Shown piece by piece: positions 1-8,286 of a stretch of 40,823 bases of DNA. Source of the DNA: an uncultured Candidatus Peribacteria bacterium (GTDB taxonomy: Bacteria; Patescibacteriota; Gracilibacteria; Peribacterales; Peribacteraceae); assembly GCA_964541635.1 (NCBI GenBank), contig CAZIQM010000003.1, positions 1 to 40,823 of the forward strand, read 5' to 3'. Each line of letters opens with the position of its first letter. The stretch's first letter is position 1. The position numbers and the translations under genes were made by a program. The notes beneath the pieces are model-generated. The model saw only the letters and a list, made by a program, of their open reading frames with translations, was not told the origin of the DNA and did not search any database.

Positions 1-1
1 T

Positions 2-358
2 TTCCCGGGCGAATACTTCACCCTCAAGGTCAGCCAGATCGACGCGTCGTCGACCGACCGCGACGGCGTCTCGAAGTACCGCGTGCGCCTCGACTTCCTC
101 GACCAGAAGGAAAGCGAGCGCGTGAAACTCGGCATGACGGGCGACGCCATGATCATCACGGGCTTCACGAATGACGTCACGTACGTTCCCATCCGCTCGG
201 TCCTCGAGCGCGACGACGGCACGAAGTACGTCCGCGTCCTGAAGGACGGCGCCATCGAAGAACGCACCGTGCAAACGGGGATGGAAGGCGAAGGCAGCAC
301 GATCGAAACTCTCGGCGTCCAGGAAGGGGAAACCGTCATCGTCCTCGTCAAAGAATGA
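2..358 (+). CDS. Efflux adaptor (MacA/HlyD-type membrane-fusion protein), C-terminal fragment; 5' end outside the window
   Basis: Frame 2 is open from the window edge to TGA 356-358. The translation (FPGEYFTLKVSQID...VKLGMTGDAMIITGF...YVPIRSVLERDDGTKYVRVLKDG...ERTVQTGMEGEGSTIETLGVQEGETVIV) looks like the C-terminal beta-barrel/membrane-proximal end of efflux adaptors. The stop overlaps the ATPase start (ATGA 355-358). Confidence 0.55.
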   Translation, partial: FPGEYFTLKVSQIDASSTDRDGVSKYRVRLDFLDQKESERVKLGMTGDAMIITGFTNDVTYVPIRSVLERDDGTKYVRVLKDGAIEERTVQTGMEGEGSTIETLGVQEGETVIVLVKE

Positions 359-1101
359 TGAAGAACAACGACGCGCCGCTCATCAGCCTCAAGAACCTCA
401 CGAAGTCGTACGACAACGACGGCGTCGTGACGGACGTCCTCTTCGGTATCAACCTCGACATCAAGAAGGGCGAATTCGTCGCGATCATGGGCCCGTCGGG
501 TTCCGGCAAATCGACTCTCATGCACATCATCGGGTTCCTCGACAGCCAGACCACGGGTGATTACCTGTTCCAGGGCGAGCCCACGCTGGCGTTCGACGAC
601 GACGAACTCGCCAAGATCCGCGCCACGCGCGTGAGCTTCGTGTTCCAGGCGTTCAACCTCCTGCCGCGCACGACGGTGCTCCAGAACGTGCTCCTGCCGC
701 TCCTGTACCACCCGACGATTCCCGCGAAGGAGCGCATGACGCGCGCCCTTAACGCCATCGAAACGGTCGGGCTCACGCACCGCAAGGACTACCTCACGAG
801 CCAGCTCTCCGGCGGCCAGAAGCAGCGCGTCGCCATCGCGCGCGCCCTCGTGACCGATCCCGACGTCATCTTCGCCGACGAGCCGACGGGCAACCTCGAC
901 TCGACCTCCGGCGTGGCGGTCATGGAAGCGCTGCAGAAGCTGCACGCGGACGGCCACACGATCATCCTCGTCACCCACGAACGCACGACCGCCGAGCATG
1001 CCGAGCGCATCATCAAGATCCGCGACGGCCGCATCGAGAGCGACACGCGCGACTTCAAGCGCGTCATCGCGACGGAGAAGGAATCCGATTCCCTCAAGTA
1101 A
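355..1101 (+). CDS. ABC transporter ATP-binding protein, MacB/LolD type
   Basis: Walker A GPSGSGKST, Q-loop, ABC signature LSGGQKQRVAIARAL, Walker B VIFADEPTGNLD, H-loop VTHE. High GC3 in frame. Confidence 0.92.
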   Translation: MMKNNDAPLISLKNLTKSYDNDGVVTDVLFGINLDIKKGEFVAIMGPSGSGKSTLMHIIGFLDSQTTGDYLFQGEPTLAFDDDELAKIRATRVSFVFQAFNLLPRTTVLQNVLLPLLYHPTIPAKERMTRALNAIETVGLTHRKDYLTSQLSGGQKQRVAIARALVTDPDVIFADEPTGNLDSTSGVAVMEALQKLHADGHTIILVTHERTTAEHAERIIKIRDGRIESDTRDFKRVIATEKESDSLK

Positions 1102-1104
1102 CCC

Positions 1105-2328
1105 ATGAGGATCGCCGATACCCTCACCGCCGCCGCCAGGGGAGTGTCGGGCAACCCGACGCGGTCGCTGCTGACGATGCTCGGCATCATCATCGGCGTC
1201 GGCGCCGTGGTGCTCATGAGTTCCGTCGGCCAGAGCATGACGGGCGTCATTTTAAGCCAGATCAGCAGCCTCGGCCCGAAGAGCATGGTCATTTTCCCGG
1301 GCCAGGAAGGCGGCGCGGGCCAGATCGCCGCCGGACACGACAGCCTCACGTTCGACGACCTCAACGAACTCGAGAAGCTCTCGTCGATCGAAAGCGTCGC
1401 CCCGCTCATTTTCATCAGCGGGCGCGTGAGCTACGGGCGCGAGGAAGCGTCCTCGCAGGTCATGGGCGTGACGCCGGAATTTTTCTCGAACCAAACCATC
1501 GTGGCGACCGAGGGGCGGATCATCGGCCCGGAAGACAACGATGCCGCCGCGTCCGTCGCGGTGCTCGGTCCGGACGCCAAGGAAAAACTCTTCGGCCAGC
1601 AAGACCCGATCGGCAAACGCATCAAGATCGGCGAGAACCACTACGCCGTCATCGGCGTGACCAAAGCGCTCGGCTCGCAGTTCTTCCAGAACGCGGACGA
1701 CCGCATCTACGTGCCGTTCACCAAAGCCAGGCAAGTCACCGGCCAGAAGTACCTGAACCAGGTCACCATGCTCGCGACCGATTCGTTCGACCTCGCGTTC
1801 GCCGACGTGAAGTTCCTGCTCAGGCGCCAACACGGCATCGACAACCCGACCGATGACCCGAAGAAAGACGATTTCGTCACGCACTCGTCCGCGGAAGCCG
1901 CGACGATCCTCGGGTCGGTGTCGCTCGGCCTCACGCTTTTCATCACCACCGTCGCCGCCATCTCGCTCCTCGTGGGCGGCATCGGCATCATGAACATCAT
2001 GCTCGTGTCCGTGTCCGAACGGACGCGCGAAATCGGCCTGCGCAAGGCGATCGGCGCGCGCAAGCAGGACATCCTCCTGCAGTTCCTGCTCGAGGCCATT
2101 TTCCTCACGCTGCTCGGCGGCCTCATCGGCCTCGCGTGCGGCGTGCTCCTCGCGTTCGTCATCGCGATCTTCGCGCAAACGGTCCTTTCCACGTATTCCT
2201 TCGCCGTGTCGGTGCCGTCGGTGGTCGTGTCGGTCATGATGGCCGGCTTCACCGGCATCATCTTCGGCGTCTCGCCCGCGCGCAAAGCGTCCGAACTCAA
2301 GCCGATCGAAGCCCTCCGTTACGAATAA
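1105..2328 (+). CDS. ABC transporter permease, MacB/FtsX type (paralog 1)
   Basis: N-terminal TM (LLTMLGIIIGVGAVVLM), a large periplasmic domain, and a C-terminal FtsX-like 3-TM bundle with GGIGIMNIMLVSVSERTREIGLRKAIGA. Ends ...IEALRYE. Confidence 0.88.
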   Translation: MRIADTLTAAARGVSGNPTRSLLTMLGIIIGVGAVVLMSSVGQSMTGVILSQISSLGPKSMVIFPGQEGGAGQIAAGHDSLTFDDLNELEKLSSIESVAPLIFISGRVSYGREEASSQVMGVTPEFFSNQTIVATEGRIIGPEDNDAAASVAVLGPDAKEKLFGQQDPIGKRIKIGENHYAVIGVTKALGSQFFQNADDRIYVPFTKARQVTGQKYLNQVTMLATDSFDLAFADVKFLLRRQHGIDNPTDDPKKDDFVTHSSAEAATILGSVSLGLTLFITTVAAISLLVGGIGIMNIMLVSVSERTREIGLRKAIGARKQDILLQFLLEAIFLTLLGGLIGLACGVLLAFVIAIFAQTVLSTYSFAVSVPSVVVSVMMAGFTGIIFGVSPARKASELKPIEALRYE

Positions 2329-3542
2329 TGCTCACCCGCGACCTCATCCAATCGGCCACAGCAGGACTCACCGCCAACAAGGGCCGGGCGTTCCTCACGA
2401 TGCTCGGCGTCATCATCGGCGTCGCGTCGGTCGTGCTCATGGTGTCGATGGGCCGCAGTTTCCAGAACTACATCCTCACGCAGATCGAATCCGTCGGCAC
2501 CAACATGGTCGAGGTGATCCCGACCGGTCTCCAGAAGTTCGGCGGCAACCTGGAATCGATCACGTTCGAGGACTACGAGGCCGTGAGCAAACTCTCGACG
2601 GTCGAACGCACCACGCCGATCATCCTCATTTCCAAGACGGTGAGTTACGGGAACGAAGAGGTGTCGCCGATGGTGTTCGGCGCGTACCCCGTCTTCGCGG
2701 CCAACTACGGCCTCGTGCTCGGCGAGGGGCGCATGATCGACGATTCCGACGACGACGGCGCGCGCTCGGTGGTCGTCATCGGCCCGAAGACGGCCGAAGA
2801 CCTGTTCGGCAACGTGGATCCGCTCGGCAAACGCATCGACGTGGGCGGCAACTCGCTCACGATCGTCGGCGTCTTCTCGTCGAAAGGATCGGCGCTCACG
2901 GAGGATTTCGACAAGCTCCTGCTCGTCCCGTTCTCCACCGCCAGGTCCATCAGCGGCCAGAAGCACCTGAGCTTCATCAACATGCGCGCCGTCGGCGACC
3001 CGGATCTCGCGGTGCAGGACGTGAAATCGGTGCTGCGCCAGCGCCACCGCATCGACAACCCCACGGACGATCCGGACAAGGACGACTTCATCGCCCGTTC
3101 CGCCGAGCAAGTGACGGCCATCGTCGGTTCGGTCACGCTCGGGCTCACCGTGTTCCTCTCGCTCGTCGCGGCGATCTCGCTGCTCGTGGGAGGCATCGGC
3201 ATCATGAACATCATGCTCGTGTCGGTGACGGAGCGGACGCAGGAAATCGGCCTGCGCAAAGCGATCGGCGCGAAGAAAAAGGACATCTTGTGGCAGTTCC
3301 TGCTCGAATCCGTTTCGCTGACCCTCACGGGCGGCATCATCGGCATCGTCATCGGCGTGTCGTTCGGGTGGTTGCTCTCGAAAGTGGCCGACAAGGTCCT
3401 CGGCGGGTTCGATTTCGTCCTCAGCGGCACCGCGATTATCCTCGCGCTCGCGATGGCCATCGGCACGGGTCTCGTCTTCGGCCTGTACCCCGCGCGGAAA
3501 GCCGCCAACCTCCACCCGATCGAGGCGCTCCGGTTCGAGTGA
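2328..3542 (+). CDS. ABC transporter permease, MacB/FtsX type (paralog 2)
   Basis: Start trimmed to ATG 2328 (TAATG overlap with the upstream stop); the track ORF from 2136 is an out-of-frame run through the previous gene. Same architecture and motifs as paralog 1 (GGIGIMNIMLVSVTERTQEIGLRKAIGA ... IEALRFE). Confidence 0.88.
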   Translation: MLTRDLIQSATAGLTANKGRAFLTMLGVIIGVASVVLMVSMGRSFQNYILTQIESVGTNMVEVIPTGLQKFGGNLESITFEDYEAVSKLSTVERTTPIILISKTVSYGNEEVSPMVFGAYPVFAANYGLVLGEGRMIDDSDDDGARSVVVIGPKTAEDLFGNVDPLGKRIDVGGNSLTIVGVFSSKGSALTEDFDKLLLVPFSTARSISGQKHLSFINMRAVGDPDLAVQDVKSVLRQRHRIDNPTDDPDKDDFIARSAEQVTAIVGSVTLGLTVFLSLVAAISLLVGGIGIMNIMLVSVTERTQEIGLRKAIGAKKKDILWQFLLESVSLTLTGGIIGIVIGVSFGWLLSKVADKVLGGFDFVLSGTAIILALAMAIGTGLVFGLYPARKAANLHPIEALRFE

Positions 3543-3545
3543 GGA

Positions 3546-3860
3546 TCATTCCATCTGCGCGAAGCACGCTTCGACGAAGGGTTTGTCTTGCTCGTACTCC
3601 GACGCTTCGGGGCGCGTGATCATGAGCCAGTTCTTCATCACGCCGTCGCCGGGGTTGAAGTGCGCGTACACGGCCGGATCGGTTTTGATTTTTTGCAGCA
3701 CGATTTTCGGGTGGCACTTGATGCCGAGCGCGTCCTCGTAAAGGAACGCGAACATCTTCTTCCCTTTGTACCACGACGGGCATCCGAACGTTTTCTTTTG
3801 GGGCAGGCCCAGCTCGTAGCCGAACCAGCGTTCGCCGAGGTCGAGGAGGTCGTCGCGCAT
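3546..3860 (-). CDS. Small conserved hypothetical protein (possibly YjbR/MmcQ-like fold)
   Basis: 104-aa ORF with good GC3, 9 nt downstream of cfa on the same strand. The pattern KGKKMFAFLYEDALGIKC...NWLMI...ASEYEQDKPFVEACF resembles YjbR/MmcQ-type small proteins. The functional call is weak. Confidence 0.5.
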   Translation of the reverse strand: MRDDLLDLGERWFGYELGLPQKKTFGCPSWYKGKKMFAFLYEDALGIKCHPKIVLQKIKTDPAVYAHFNPGDGVMKNWLMITRPEASEYEQDKPFVEACFAQME

Positions 3861-3869
3861 GCAGATATC

Positions 3870-4994
3870 CTACCGCACGGGCGCGAACCCGCCGCGGATG
3901 CCGTAGGGCGACAGCACCAGCTGCCACAGCTGGATGTTGCGCGACCGGAATGATCCCGCGCAACAGAGGAGGTAGTACCGGAACATGCGTTCGAACCGCT
4001 CGCCGTAGCGCTCCCGGAATTTCGGCCACGCGGCGGCGAAATTCGCGTGCCACGCGAGTAGTGTTTTGTCGTAGTAGGCGCCGAAGTTGTGCCAGTCTTC
4101 GATCACGAAGCGCGTGTCGATCGCGTGCGCCATCGCCGCTTGCCCCGGCAGCGCAGAGTTCGGGAAGATGTGCGCTTCCAGCCAGGGGTCTTCCGAGACC
4201 GCGTCGGCGCCGATCGTGTGGAGCAGGAAGCGTCCGTCCGGCTTGAGAAGCGAGCGGGCCTTCTCCATGTACGTGACGTAGTTTTTCGCGCCGACGTGCT
4301 CGAACATGCCGACGGACACGATTTTGTCGAACTGCCCCTCCATGTCGCGGTAGTCGCATTTCACGATGTCCACGGGCAAACCGGCGGTGAACGATCGGGC
4401 GAACGCGATTTGCTCGTCGCTGATGTTGATGCCCGTGACGCGGCACCCATGGTGTTCCGCGAGGTATTTCGCGAGCCCGCCCCAGCCGCAGCCGATGTCG
4501 AGCACCCTTTCGCCCGGCTTCACGTCCAACTTCCGCGCGATGAGGTCGAGTTTTTGGCGTTGCGCCGTCGCGAGATCGTCGGTGTCCTTGAAGTACCCGC
4601 AGGAGTACTGACGGTAGGGATCGAGCATCGCGCCGTAGAACTCGTTGCCCAGGTCGTAGTGCTCCTTCGCGACTTTCGTCGCCTTGCGCCGGGTTTGCTG
4701 GTTGAACATCCGCACGCGCAGGATGTGCGCGACCTGGCGCAATTGGGTGGGCAAGTGGCTGCCGATCCTCGCCCTGAGCACCCGGTCGAAGAACCCGTCG
4801 AGCGCGTCGCAGTCCCACCAGCCGTCCATGTACGAATCCCCGAGGCCGAGGGATCCTTCCGCGAGGATGCGGTCGAACAGCCGTTCGTCGTGCACGCGGA
4901 TGTCCCACGGTCGGTCGCCGTCGACGCGTACGTCGGCGCCCGCGAGCAGCGGCTCCAGGAACGATCGGCCCGTGTCGGTGGCGGCGTGTTTCAT
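3870..4994 (-). CDS. cfa: Cyclopropane-fatty-acyl-phospholipid synthase (SAM-dependent methyltransferase)
   Basis: Characteristic CFA-synthase blocks: GLGDSYMDGWWDC, HYDLGNEFYGAMLDPYRQYSCGYF, SAM motif VLDIGCGWGGLAKYLAE, FDKIVSVGMFEHVG, YYLLCCAGSFRSRNIQLWQLV. Start set at ATG 4994 (MKHAATD...). Confidence 0.88.
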   Translation of the reverse strand: MKHAATDTGRSFLEPLLAGADVRVDGDRPWDIRVHDERLFDRILAEGSLGLGDSYMDGWWDCDALDGFFDRVLRARIGSHLPTQLRQVAHILRVRMFNQQTRRKATKVAKEHYDLGNEFYGAMLDPYRQYSCGYFKDTDDLATAQRQKLDLIARKLDVKPGERVLDIGCGWGGLAKYLAEHHGCRVTGINISDEQIAFARSFTAGLPVDIVKCDYRDMEGQFDKIVSVGMFEHVGAKNYVTYMEKARSLLKPDGRFLLHTIGADAVSEDPWLEAHIFPNSALPGQAAMAHAIDTRFVIEDWHNFGAYYDKTLLAWHANFAAAWPKFRERYGERFERMFRYYLLCCAGSFRSRNIQLWQLVLSPYGIRGGFAPVR

Positions 4995-5119
4995 GCGAAG
5001 GGAAAGTATACACCCGTCGACGGACGAAGCGCCCGAACATGACAAAACGGGCCCCCCGAGGGGTTCCCGTCGTCGTTGCCAACTCCTCGCGGGGCTGGCC
5101 GATGGTTGATCCGAACGCC

Positions 5120-5806
5120 TTACGGCTTCGCGGAGAACGCGTGGAGCTCCTGTCCGAAATCGGCTTCGAGTTCCGCGAAGACGTCACAGTCGACGCCGCA
5201 TTCCTCGGGGTCCGTCCCGACGAAGAAGTCGGGAAAGTCCTTCCGCAATTTCGCCAGTTGCTGTGCCGCCGCGAGCAATTCCGCCCGGGGCGCCTTCGTC
5301 ATCTTGAGGCGGCCGTAGAACTGGAACCGGTGCCGCGCGGCGGCCTGCCAATGCGCGAGCGCGTCGGCGACCTGGCCCCGTTTCTTCAGCCACTTCGCGA
5401 CGTTGTAGTTCAGGTGGCCGAGCGCTTCGTCGCGTTCGCCGTCCGGAAGTTTCAAGGCCACCTCCGCCGCGCGCTGGAACAGTCCGGGGACTTTCGCGTC
5501 GTTCGGCGGGCCCGCGTTGCGGGCGCACAGGAGCATGTAGTTCGGTAGGTAGAACTCCAGTTCCGGCGTGATGGGATCCACGACGCTGAATGCCGACAGG
5601 AGATCGATCCAGATGATCGCGTCATTCGTGTTGGCCTTCACGGCGTAGCTGTACCGCAGAACCGTTTCAAGGAACGTGAATTGCGGATCCACTTCCGATT
5701 GGGGGTCTACCGTCCTCAGGTCATCCAAGGCTTGGCGTAGTGTTCCTTGGCTGATGAGGCTTTGGCGGATGCGGACGAGTTCGCGCAAGTCGAGCATGTT
5801 GCTCAT
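5120..5806 (-). CDS. Hypothetical, predicted all-helical cytoplasmic protein
   Basis: 228-aa ORF with ATG start and consistent GC3. It has its own AT-rich upstream region with a promoter-like element. I recognise no family. Confidence 0.6.
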   Translation of the reverse strand: MSNMLDLRELVRIRQSLISQGTLRQALDDLRTVDPQSEVDPQFTFLETVLRYSYAVKANTNDAIIWIDLLSAFSVVDPITPELEFYLPNYMLLCARNAGPPNDAKVPGLFQRAAEVALKLPDGERDEALGHLNYNVAKWLKKRGQVADALAHWQAAARHRFQFYGRLKMTKAPRAELLAAAQQLAKLRKDFPDFFVGTDPEECGVDCDVFAELEADFGQELHAFSAKP

Positions 5807-5889
5807 GCCATATTCTCCGTGGTGATGTGGAAGAACGGTCGGATCGGGGATTCACCCTTTTCGAACGTTCCGGGGTGAAATCCGGACAT

Positions 5890-5917
5890 AGTATACAATA
5901 TAAGAAAATATTATCAA
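5890..5917 (-). promoter_or_regulatory. Sigma70-like promoter for the 5120..5806 gene
   Basis: On the minus strand, TTGATA (5917-5912), a 16-nt spacer, then TATACT (5895-5890), in the only AT-rich stretch upstream of the gene. Confidence 0.35.
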
Positions 5918-5955
5918 TATTCGTCAAATAGCCCCGATCGGCGATCGAAGACCAA

Positions 5956-6040
5956 TGGTGGGCCGGGAGGGACTCGAACCCCCGGAGCCGTGAGGCACCG
6001 CGTCTACAGCGCGGCGGAATTGCCACTATCCGACCGACCC
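5956..6040 (-). tRNA. tRNA-Tyr (anticodon GTA), class II with long variable arm, CCA encoded
   Basis: The reverse complement folds as a cloverleaf: acceptor GGGTCGG/CCGGCCC, anticodon stem CCGCG/CGCGG with loop CTGTAGA, T-arm GGGGG-TTCGAGT-CCCTC, 3' ACCA. Confidence 0.9.
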
Positions 6041-6090
6041 ACGTGAAAAAGCCCGCAGAGCGTACCGTCGGGACGTCCGGTTTGCAACGA

Positions 6091-6903
6091 TCAAACCTTC
6101 CGGAAGGCGCCCATCGTGGCCACGTAGAGCGCGGCGACGCTGCATCCGAGCACGATCCAGACCGCCGGACCGCTGTCCGCTTGCTTCGTTGGCTTGTGTT
6201 CGGTGACGCCCGGTTTCCTCGACGAGCTCGATTTCGCGCCCACGACGTGCGGGTTCACCGCGATGACGTTCGCGCCCACCGGGCTCGGCCCGACGGAGCT
6301 CGATTGCTGCGTGGGGAAGGGGACCGCGGACAAGGACGACGATTGCGCGATCGGCGCGGCGGACGACGTGACGGGCGCGAGCGACGTCGCCGAAGCGACC
6401 GACGACTGGCTCGATGCCGCGCCCCCCGTCGCGGAAATAACGATCTGGCCGCTGAAGTCGGGGGAGGTTTGCGAGATGTAGTCGTACGTTCCTTCGGGTG
6501 CGCCCGCCGGCGCCGTGTAGAAGGCGTCGTCGTTCGGGAACACGCTCGGCGTGCTGAACGGCTTTCCGTCGGACGTCGGGAGCGTGGTCGACGTCAGGAC
6601 GTGGGGGATTTGATCGTCGTTCACCCAACGTATCGTTTGCCCCGGCTTGATCGTGGCAGGGGTGGGATCGGGTCCGTCCTGCTTGAGGTGCACGGTGACG
6701 TCCGGCGTGGGGTTCGTGAGCTGGCCGATGAGGTCGCCGAGGCCGCCGAACGAATAGGCGACGGCGCCGACCATGAGGGCGATGCCCACGGCTGCCGCCG
6801 GCGCGCGCGACACGCGGATCGGGCGGCGGTCATCCGTTTTCGCGCGGACGGGAACGATCTGCTCGTCCTCGGTGGATTGCCAGTGCGGATGCATGGGCGT
6901 CAT
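6091..6903 (-). CDS. Membrane-anchored surface protein with a degenerate cupredoxin-like domain, a Ser-rich linker and a C-terminal sorting-signal-like tail
   Basis: Start chosen at ATG 6903 (ATGA overlap with the upstream stop); the track start at 6930 is also possible. N-terminal TM AAVGIALMVGAVAYSF. Cupredoxin-like strands IKPGQTIRWVNDDQIPHVL ... PEGTYDYISQTSPDFSGQIVI. C-terminus DSGPAVW + TM + FRKV. Confidence 0.6.
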   Translation of the reverse strand: MTPMHPHWQSTEDEQIVPVRAKTDDRRPIRVSRAPAAAVGIALMVGAVAYSFGGLGDLIGQLTNPTPDVTVHLKQDGPDPTPATIKPGQTIRWVNDDQIPHVLTSTTLPTSDGKPFSTPSVFPNDDAFYTAPAGAPEGTYDYISQTSPDFSGQIVISATGGAASSQSSVASATSLAPVTSSAAPIAQSSSLSAVPFPTQQSSSVGPSPVGANVIAVNPHVVGAKSSSSRKPGVTEHKPTKQADSGPAVWIVLGCSVAALYVATMGAFRKV

Positions 6904-8267
6904 CGGGGAAGGGCGGAACTGGCCGTCCATTGGCGGCGGAAGGCGAAGGCCGTGCCGAGGACCGCGGAGACGCCGACCATGGCGGCGACCCAGGATCCCG
7001 GTCCGGATTCACCCGACACCGAACCGTCGGTGTAGGGGGCGTTGCCCTGCGGGCCTTCGATCAGGTTGCCGGACAAGGGCGACGTCGACGTCGCGGGATT
7101 GCCGATCGTGACGGCCACTTCCTGGCTGAAGTCGCTCTCGGCGCCCGAAGCGTTCACGGCGCGGACGGCGAAGTAGTAGGTCATGCCGACAGGCAACGCG
7201 CGGATCGTCACGGTTTGCGCTTCCTTGTCGACGCTGCGCTGCTGGAGGTAGCGGCCGGAGATGGAGCCGTAGTAGAGCTTGTAGCCGGTCACTTCGGCGG
7301 AGGGCAGCGGGTTCCACGCGAGGAAGGCGGAGCTGCCTTCGGTGGTCACGCGCAGGGCTTGCACTTGGAGCTTCGAGAACACGACCGGCGCCGCCGGGAC
7401 CGACGACGAGGAAGACGACGCCGAGGAGACGGCGGGCTTCGAGGAGGTCGCGGCGGTCGACGAGGGAGCGGACGATGCCGGCGCGGACGAGACCGCCGGC
7501 GCGGCGGAGGACGCCGTGGCGCCCGTGGAGGTCGCGACGACCGGGACGACCGGGACGACCGAGGCGACGGACGAGGCGGAGGAGCCCGACGCGGCGAAGC
7601 GGACGGCGAGCGCGCCCTGGACCGCGGAGGCGACGTTACGTTCCTTGTCGCCGTCTTTCGCGAACGCGCCCGTGTGGGCGGTGTCGGCTGCGATGGCGTC
7701 GTAGTACGAGAGGACCGTGCCGTTCGCCGGGACGGATTTCACCGTGAGGGTGATGCGCGCCAGGACGACTTTTTCGTCTTTCACCGGTTCCGTCGAGGAA
7801 GCGCTGACCTTGATGTAGTTGTCGGCGCTGGAGAAATCGCCTTCGCCCGGGACCGGAACGGCGAACGCCTTCGACAGTTCGAGCGTCTTCCCTTCGAGGA
7901 CGTTCGAATCGTAGCCGATCCACACGCGGTAGCGCGTGATCGCTTCCTTCTTGGGATTGTGCATCACGAGGTCCATGTCGAGCGTGTCGCCCACTTTCAG
8001 GACCGGCGTTTGCTTGCTCAGGGGGTCGCGCACCTCATAGCTGGGGCACGGCAAGGCGGAACCTTCCGTCAGGACCGTGATGCCGTCGATCTGCGGGATC
8101 TCGCCGCCGAACGTTTCGCTCGCGGCCGCGTGGTCGGCGTCGACGCAGTGCGGGCGCAGCTCGAACACGGTTTCGCCGGGCGTTTGCGCCGAGGCCGCCG
8201 CGGGGGCGAGCGGGAGCAACGCCACGAGGGCGGAGAGGCCGAGCCGGAGCGCGTGGGTGTGTTTCAT
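6900..8267 (-). CDS. Secreted/anchored cohesin-like + fibronectin type III protein with a C-terminal sorting-signal-like tail
   Basis: Start trimmed to ATG 8267 (MKHTHALRLGLSALVALLPLAPAAASAQ is a signal peptide). Cohesin-like block at about aa 85-225 (KVGDTLDMDLV...RVWIGYDSNVLEG...VVLARITLTVKSVPANGTVLSY). S/A/P/V linker. FN3 at about aa 296-388 (AFLAWNP...GYKLYY...LPVGMTYYFAVRAVNASGAES). Tail ESGPGSW + TM + FRRQ. Confidence 0.65.
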   Translation of the reverse strand: MKHTHALRLGLSALVALLPLAPAAASAQTPGETVFELRPHCVDADHAAASETFGGEIPQIDGITVLTEGSALPCPSYEVRDPLSKQTPVLKVGDTLDMDLVMHNPKKEAITRYRVWIGYDSNVLEGKTLELSKAFAVPVPGEGDFSSADNYIKVSASSTEPVKDEKVVLARITLTVKSVPANGTVLSYYDAIAADTAHTGAFAKDGDKERNVASAVQGALAVRFAASGSSASSVASVVPVVPVVATSTGATASSAAPAVSSAPASSAPSSTAATSSKPAVSSASSSSSSVPAAPVVFSKLQVQALRVTTEGSSAFLAWNPLPSAEVTGYKLYYGSISGRYLQQRSVDKEAQTVTIRALPVGMTYYFAVRAVNASGAESDFSQEVAVTIGNPATSTSPLSGNLIEGPQGNAPYTDGSVSGESGPGSWVAAMVGVSAVLGTAFAFRRQWTASSALPR

Positions 8268-8286
8268 TGTGTGTGCGTGTGTGTTG
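8268..8286. repeat. Imperfect GT/CA dinucleotide tract filling the dockerin-cohesin intergenic spacer
   Basis: tgtgtgtgcgtgtgtgttg on the plus strand, CAACACACACGCACACACA on the coding strand, immediately 5' of the ATG at 8267. No Shine-Dalgarno. Confidence 0.8.

Noticed and set aside
3436-5187. A 583-aa minus-strand ORF, together with the 317-aa plus-strand ORF at 4089..5042, overlapping the cfa gene.
   Set aside because: The translations are Arg/Pro/Gly/His-rich low-complexity strings typical of wrong-frame or antisense reading of high-GC DNA. The cfa frame carries unmistakable CFA-synthase motifs and the G/C-rich third positions.
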